Positions 54,498 to 58,940 of a stretch of 58,940 nucleotides of DNA are shown here, in pieces. The position numbers and the translations under genes are program-made. Below the pieces are notes generated by a model. It was not told the DNA's origin. It saw only the letters and a program-made list of their open reading frames with translations, and did not search any database. The stretch covers positions 1 through 58,940 of the forward strand of contig CAYGBY010000001.1 in assembly GCA_964348115.1 (NCBI GenBank). The letters run 5' to 3'. The first letter of the stretch is position 1, and every line of letters starts with the position of its first letter. This DNA is from an uncultured Pseudomonadales bacterium (GTDB lineage Bacteria > Pseudomonadota > Gammaproteobacteria > Pseudomonadales > Azotimanducaceae).

Positions 54498-56857
54498 CTT
54501 GTAGCCTCCTCGCCTCCCTTTTCAGCAAAAGCCTCATGCTCCTTCTGTAGTTGCGCCGCCTCTTCCTGCAGGCTCGTCAGGCCTTCCAGCGCTTTGGCAA
54601 TTTCCTCCGCTCTGGCATCCCGCTCGCCCTCCTTCTCTTCCTTCAAGGATTTGAGTTTCGCCAACTCTTGATTGCGGCCCTGCAAAGTTGCATCGATATC
54701 CGCCACAGTTTGACCGATAAAGTCATTGGTTATCTCTTGGGTCTGGCTAACAATATTTTCCATGCCGGCGGCTAGGGTTTCCGCCCCCGACTGAAAGGCG
54801 CCAAGCAATTGCGCCCGGCTTGATTCCACAACCCGCTGTTGGGACTTCGCCTTGCTCTCTCTGTAGCGAGCTTCCTCCTTTTCCAAGGCCTGTCGCCGAG
54901 TTTGATTAAGAGATTCCATTCTCTGGGTGCGCGCCTTATCCAATGCCCCCGGATTGCGCTTTGCCCTTGCCTCTTTCACACGTAGGTCGAGTTCAGCTCG
55001 CTTGTCCTTGTACCACTGCTCAATGCGCTTCACTTCTTCGTCATGACGCTTTCGATCTTTGTCATCGGTAACCGTCACCTCGTAAGATTCAATCTTCGGC
55101 CCCAAAAAAATATTTCCGATCACACCAAAAAAACCCCTTCTTTTTCTTTCTCTTTGCCCAATTTCCGTATGAACTCTCAATTCGGGACGACTGCCGAGCA
55201 TCTGCCTTTCCCCAACCCGTTCCTCTTTCAGCTGCTTCACGTTGTCCTGCAGCTCCACGTAGCGATGCTCAGCTGACTCAGCAAGAGCACGTTTTTCCTC
55301 CATTTTCCCCAACTCCAGATCGCCCTTCTCGATCTCCTCCTCGAGGTCCCTGATCTTTGCTTGCGAATCTTCGTCGAACTTAGGCTTTTGCAACGAAAGA
55401 GCGATTTCCGTCACTTCCGGGAGGTCGAAATCCACTTCGTCCAACTCGCTTCGGAGCTGGCTGCGAATCTCTCGAGCCTGTTTACGCAACACGCGACCTA
55501 CAGCGTATTTGAATAGCTGATCCGCTTTCTTATCGAGTGCCGCCAACTTCCTGCCCGGTAGGTTGGCCAGGTGAGCACCTTCATCCCAATTCTCCTTGAG
55601 CGCATCATAAGAGTCGTAGGCGTTTATCTCATCCCTAATCTCCTCCAATTGGGATTTGCGCCTCTCCTCCCAGTCATCTCTCGCTTGCAGCAGCGCGCGC
55701 GACAGTTCTTCGGCCAACTCTTCCGCCCTACCCTCGAGTTCGTGTTTTCGCTCGGCGACAATTCGTGCCGTTTTTTCTATTTCGAGTTCAAGCTTGGACA
55801 GATCAAATGTGTCGTCTAAAACCCCTTTCTGCCGATCTAGTTTGCCAACGCACTTGGCGGCCTCGCTTTGAACGAACGAAAGGGGGGTGTGCAGAAGGTC
55901 ATAACCCTTACCACCACGAAAAAGATACTCCTCGAGTGCATTCTCAAAGGCTTGGATGCCGGACTCCTCAATCAAAGTGTGGCAAAACAGCGGATCCGCC
56001 AACTTATCGCGCTCCTTCTCCGCGAGAATTGAATTCCTCGCATATCCGACACGCCCGAGAAACGCCTTCGCTGCGGATACGCCAAAGACTGGGAGCTTGT
56101 CGGCCGGCTGCCTGTCCACGACATTCCGAATGCCATCCTCCACGCGCTGCAAAACCCGGCCGACCTCGCTTTCATCCACGGTGTCGATTCTGTTCACAAC
56201 AAAGAATAGGCGGCCAACCGCCTCCTCTACGCTTTCAAGGAACTGCCGGTCCGACTGGGTTACCTGGGTTTGCGCGCCAAAAAGAAAGATGGCCGCACTG
56301 CTGCGGTCGATCTGGTCGTTGGTGATCCGAGTGTGGGTTTCGGTTGTTGTATTGGTCCCAGGGGTGTCGACCAGCAGTACGTTGTCCTCCAGGAAGCGCG
56401 ATTCCACGAAGACATCTACATGATCCACCGCGCTGGCCACGTCTTCGAGGCGTCCAGAGTGCCGCGAAGTATAGTCCGAAAGTTCATCAACCGGCACTTT
56501 TTCCTTTTTTCCATCGATAAAATGAACTTCCACATGATCGGGCGACTGGCTTTCCTCCGCCCTTGGGTAGCGAAGGAAATTGACAGTTGCCGTACACTCA
56601 AGTACGTCCATTGCAAGCAATTGCCTGCGCATCATCGCATTCAGGAGCATGGACTTTCCACGCTTCATTTCGCCGACGACCACGACCACGAACTCCTCGT
56701 TCTGAACGGCGTTGGCCCGCTCCTGCAAACTTTGCACAAGACCGCTTCCACCTTCATCGTCCAAGAGCGGGACGACATCCCGCATGTTCTCGGCGGCTCG
56801 GTTCAGCAGCGCAGCCACCTTGTCGCGCAATTCTGCAAACCCTTCCTTTACGTTCAT
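54494..56857 (-). CDS. dynamin-like GTPase (bacterial DLP), paralogue 2
   Basis: 787-aa ORF. G1 GEMKRGKS, G3 LVDTPGTN, G4 NRID. Helical stalk. Paddle-like RRGFFGVIGNIFLGPK (55094-55138). ATGA overlap with paralogue 1. Confidence 0.8.
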   Translation of the reverse strand: MNVKEGFAELRDKVAALLNRAAENMRDVVPLLDDEGGSGLVQSLQERANAVQNEEFVVVVVGEMKRGKSMLLNAMMRRQLLAMDVLECTATVNFLRYPRAEESQSPDHVEVHFIDGKKEKVPVDELSDYTSRHSGRLEDVASAVDHVDVFVESRFLEDNVLLVDTPGTNTTTETHTRITNDQIDRSSAAIFLFGAQTQVTQSDRQFLESVEEAVGRLFFVVNRIDTVDESEVGRVLQRVEDGIRNVVDRQPADKLPVFGVSAAKAFLGRVGYARNSILAEKERDKLADPLFCHTLIEESGIQAFENALEEYLFRGGKGYDLLHTPLSFVQSEAAKCVGKLDRQKGVLDDTFDLSKLELEIEKTARIVAERKHELEGRAEELAEELSRALLQARDDWEERRKSQLEEIRDEINAYDSYDALKENWDEGAHLANLPGRKLAALDKKADQLFKYAVGRVLRKQAREIRSQLRSELDEVDFDLPEVTEIALSLQKPKFDEDSQAKIRDLEEEIEKGDLELGKMEEKRALAESAEHRYVELQDNVKQLKEERVGERQMLGSRPELRVHTEIGQRERKRRGFFGVIGNIFLGPKIESYEVTVTDDKDRKRHDEEVKRIEQWYKDKRAELDLRVKEARAKRNPGALDKARTQRMESLNQTRRQALEKEEARYRESKAKSQQRVVESSRAQLLGAFQSGAETLAAGMENIVSQTQEITNDFIGQTVADIDATLQGRNQELAKLKSLKEEKEGERDARAEEIAKALEGLTSLQEEAAQLQKEHEAFAEKGGEEATR

Positions 56858-58940
56858 GCCAATTCTCCTTGGTCTTCGCAGCGAAACGTCTCCATCGCTC
56901 TTGAAAGTGTTTCCCGAACGCCTTTCTCCCTGGTCCTTTCAGCATCCTTCGCACGAGCCTCAGCCCGCGTACGCTTAATTTGATCCGACAGCAATTTATG
57001 CTGTCGATCTGAAGCATCCCTAAATCGCGCGTCGAAATCCAGTGAAATTTCCTCCAGCATTCGCTCAGCTCCCTGTTCAAGTTCACCGGAAAGTGCGTTG
57101 AAAAGACTTTCCAGCTCCCTTCGAGCGCCAATCTTAAGCTGTGCTTGCCGGGTTTTGATCCCGGACTGGTGATACCTTTCCCTTTCCTCCGCGAAACGCG
57201 CCTCCTCCCGCCTCAAGCGCGCTTTGGAGTTGTCCAGATCTCGCTGCAGTTTCTGGAGTTCGCCGCTGGCTTTTTGCGTTTCTTTCGGCACATTTTTGAG
57301 GGGATCGATTTTTTGGTCAAAATCGGCAACCTTCTTATTCGCCTTTTCGTACTTGCGTTCCCACTTCTCCACGCGGCTGTAGTCTTTGCGGCTCCGTGTC
57401 ACCTTGACCTCCTTCTCTTTCGGACCGAGTAACCAGTCCAGGAAGCCTGTTCCACCACGCTTTACCTTTATCTTCTCTTTTGCAGTGTAGTATGTAACCT
57501 TAGGAGTTGGCTTCGGCCCGAGTTGCGTTCGGTTTCCTACCGCCTGTTTGCGTTGCGTTCTGAGGTTCTCCAGCTGAACGGACTGCTTTTCAAGCGCTTC
57601 GACCTTTGCCTCCCCTTTTCGCAAAGCCCGCTCCCAGTTTACAACGTTCCTCTTCAGCCTGCCGATCTTGTTTTCGCGGCGGCTTAGCGCCTTACTTGTT
57701 TTGTCCGCCTGCAGTTTAATGGGGGCCATATCCAGTTTTACGGAAGCCAACCCTTGCCGGTCCAGCGCGGAGACCTGACCGTGATTTTCGAGGTCATGGA
57801 CCAATCGATTCGCCGATGCCTTCAGCAGCCGATGGATCCTATCAAAAACAGGTTTTTCCAAGCTTTCGTTTAGGCAATCAGACACCGCCTTTTGCGCTAC
57901 TCTTAGGTCGTCCCGCTCGATCAGCTTAGCCTCCAACCCATCCACAAAGCTCCTCATCTCCTGTTCAATGCCGGGCTGCCTTTCGCTTAGAAAGCTTTGT
58001 AGGATGCCCAGTTCCCCCATCAGGGTTTTTCGCGCCAATCGGAGAATGTTTTCTCCTGTGCGCTGTAGGTCCTCCGCCGTTTCATCGAGACGCGCTTCTG
58101 CTGCTTCCAGCTCCTTTGAAACACTCCTATCGAATTCCGCTTCGCGTTTTTCGATACGGGCGATCTCCGCTTTGCAAATTTCCCGCAACAGTGACAACGG
58201 ACGCCTTTTTAGAGCGGAGGATCGGCCCTTGAGAACGCCTTTATTCAGCTCCTCCAGGTCTTCGATGAAGCGATACTCTTCGTCCTCCAGTTCCTCCTCG
58301 CCCTCAAGGTAAGCGCCGCCCTCGAAAGCGCGTTTGGCGGAAAGGGTGTAAATGTCCTTGTAGTCAAGTTGGGCAACGCGCTTGTGAAGTTCCTCCCTAA
58401 AGTGCTCAAACCCATTGCCGCTCTTTGCGTATTGGTCGCACTTGTTGATGACGACCAGGACGCGGTTGGCGATGGAACGCGCTTTCTTTATTAGCTCGAT
58501 ATCGCTCTGTCGTCCAATCCCATTGACAGGAACCACGACTATGGTCACATGGGACATGCCGAGCTGGTGTATGCTGCGCGCCTCCAATTCCGTCTTACCG
58601 TTGAGTCCAGGGGTATCCACGAGCACGAGGCTGGTCTTTGGCTCCTTGCTTTCCGCGGGCAGCACAATTTCCACTCTTTCAATGGCCTCCCAGGCATCCT
58701 CGTCAAGGGTGGTCCGGGCGCTGACTTCGGAAAGCGGCACGGCGTCCGTGCCGCCGTTTGCATAAACAACTGTGGCCGGTCTATCTTCATCGAGTTGCTC
58801 CTCGTCGCTCCACCTAACCCAGGTGGGCACGGCCGTACACTCGAATAGATCGGTGGCAAGCAGGTTTTCTCCGATGAATGCGTTTAGGAGGGTGGATTTT
58901 CCCGTGTTGAACTCGCCCATCACGGTGATGCAAAGGCGTT
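56854..58940 (-). CDS. dynamin-like GTPase (bacterial DLP), paralogue 1; N-terminus outside the window
   Basis: The reading frame is open to the window edge (...RLCITVMGEFNTGKSTLLNAF). G1 GEFNTGKS, G3 LVDTPGLN, G4 NKCD. K/R/E-rich stalk. Paddle-like GGTGFLDWLLGPK (57421-57459). Confidence 0.8.
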   Translation of the reverse strand, partial: RLCITVMGEFNTGKSTLLNAFIGENLLATDLFECTAVPTWVRWSDEEQLDEDRPATVVYANGGTDAVPLSEVSARTTLDEDAWEAIERVEIVLPAESKEPKTSLVLVDTPGLNGKTELEARSIHQLGMSHVTIVVVPVNGIGRQSDIELIKKARSIANRVLVVINKCDQYAKSGNGFEHFREELHKRVAQLDYKDIYTLSAKRAFEGGAYLEGEEELEDEEYRFIEDLEELNKGVLKGRSSALKRRPLSLLREICKAEIARIEKREAEFDRSVSKELEAAEARLDETAEDLQRTGENILRLARKTLMGELGILQSFLSERQPGIEQEMRSFVDGLEAKLIERDDLRVAQKAVSDCLNESLEKPVFDRIHRLLKASANRLVHDLENHGQVSALDRQGLASVKLDMAPIKLQADKTSKALSRRENKIGRLKRNVVNWERALRKGEAKVEALEKQSVQLENLRTQRKQAVGNRTQLGPKPTPKVTYYTAKEKIKVKRGGTGFLDWLLGPKEKEVKVTRSRKDYSRVEKWERKYEKANKKVADFDQKIDPLKNVPKETQKASGELQKLQRDLDNSKARLRREEARFAEERERYHQSGIKTRQAQLKIGARRELESLFNALSGELEQGAERMLEEISLDFDARFRDASDRQHKLLSDQIKRTRAEARAKDAERTREKGVRETLSRAMETFRCEDQGELA

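Overview
This is a high-GC proteobacterial chromosomal segment; gamma/beta-type synteny ndk-rlmN-rodZ-hisS-yfgM-bamB-der is present. All homology calls come from reading the ORF translations from memory; nothing was searched. The core content is housekeeping or metabolic: a complete SUF Fe-S operon (sufBCDS-sufA-sufT-sufE), bfd/bfr, mobA, recQ, bcp, oligopeptidase B, a PQQ dehydrogenase with a divergent cytochrome c', two acyl/malonyl-CoA ligases, a DUF1538x2/PII/CBS cluster, and aromatic ring-cleavage-type enzymes. The main finding is at the right end (48850 to the window edge). It is a visibly lower-GC, minus-strand operon of at least seven genes whose start and stop codons all overlap. It encodes three tandem paralogous dynamin-like GTPases followed by four proteins with no domain I can recognise. 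One of the four is a membrane-anchored coiled-coil protein built from near-identical 351-bp tandem repeats. I propose it as a candidate membrane-remodelling or defence module that is larger than described dynamin pairs or LeoABC. Other notable items are listed below.
- A GrdB-like selenoprotein with an in-frame TGA and a SECIS-like hairpin.
- Three families of MITE-like elements, inserted into one another, at about ten sites.
- REP-like tandem repeats.
- Repeat-encoded C-terminal extensions of hisS and yfgM.
- A degraded low-GC islet holding an IS110 remnant, a frameshifted TIGR04255 gene and an orphan Xre antitoxin.
- Candidate IscR-type and Fur-type operators.
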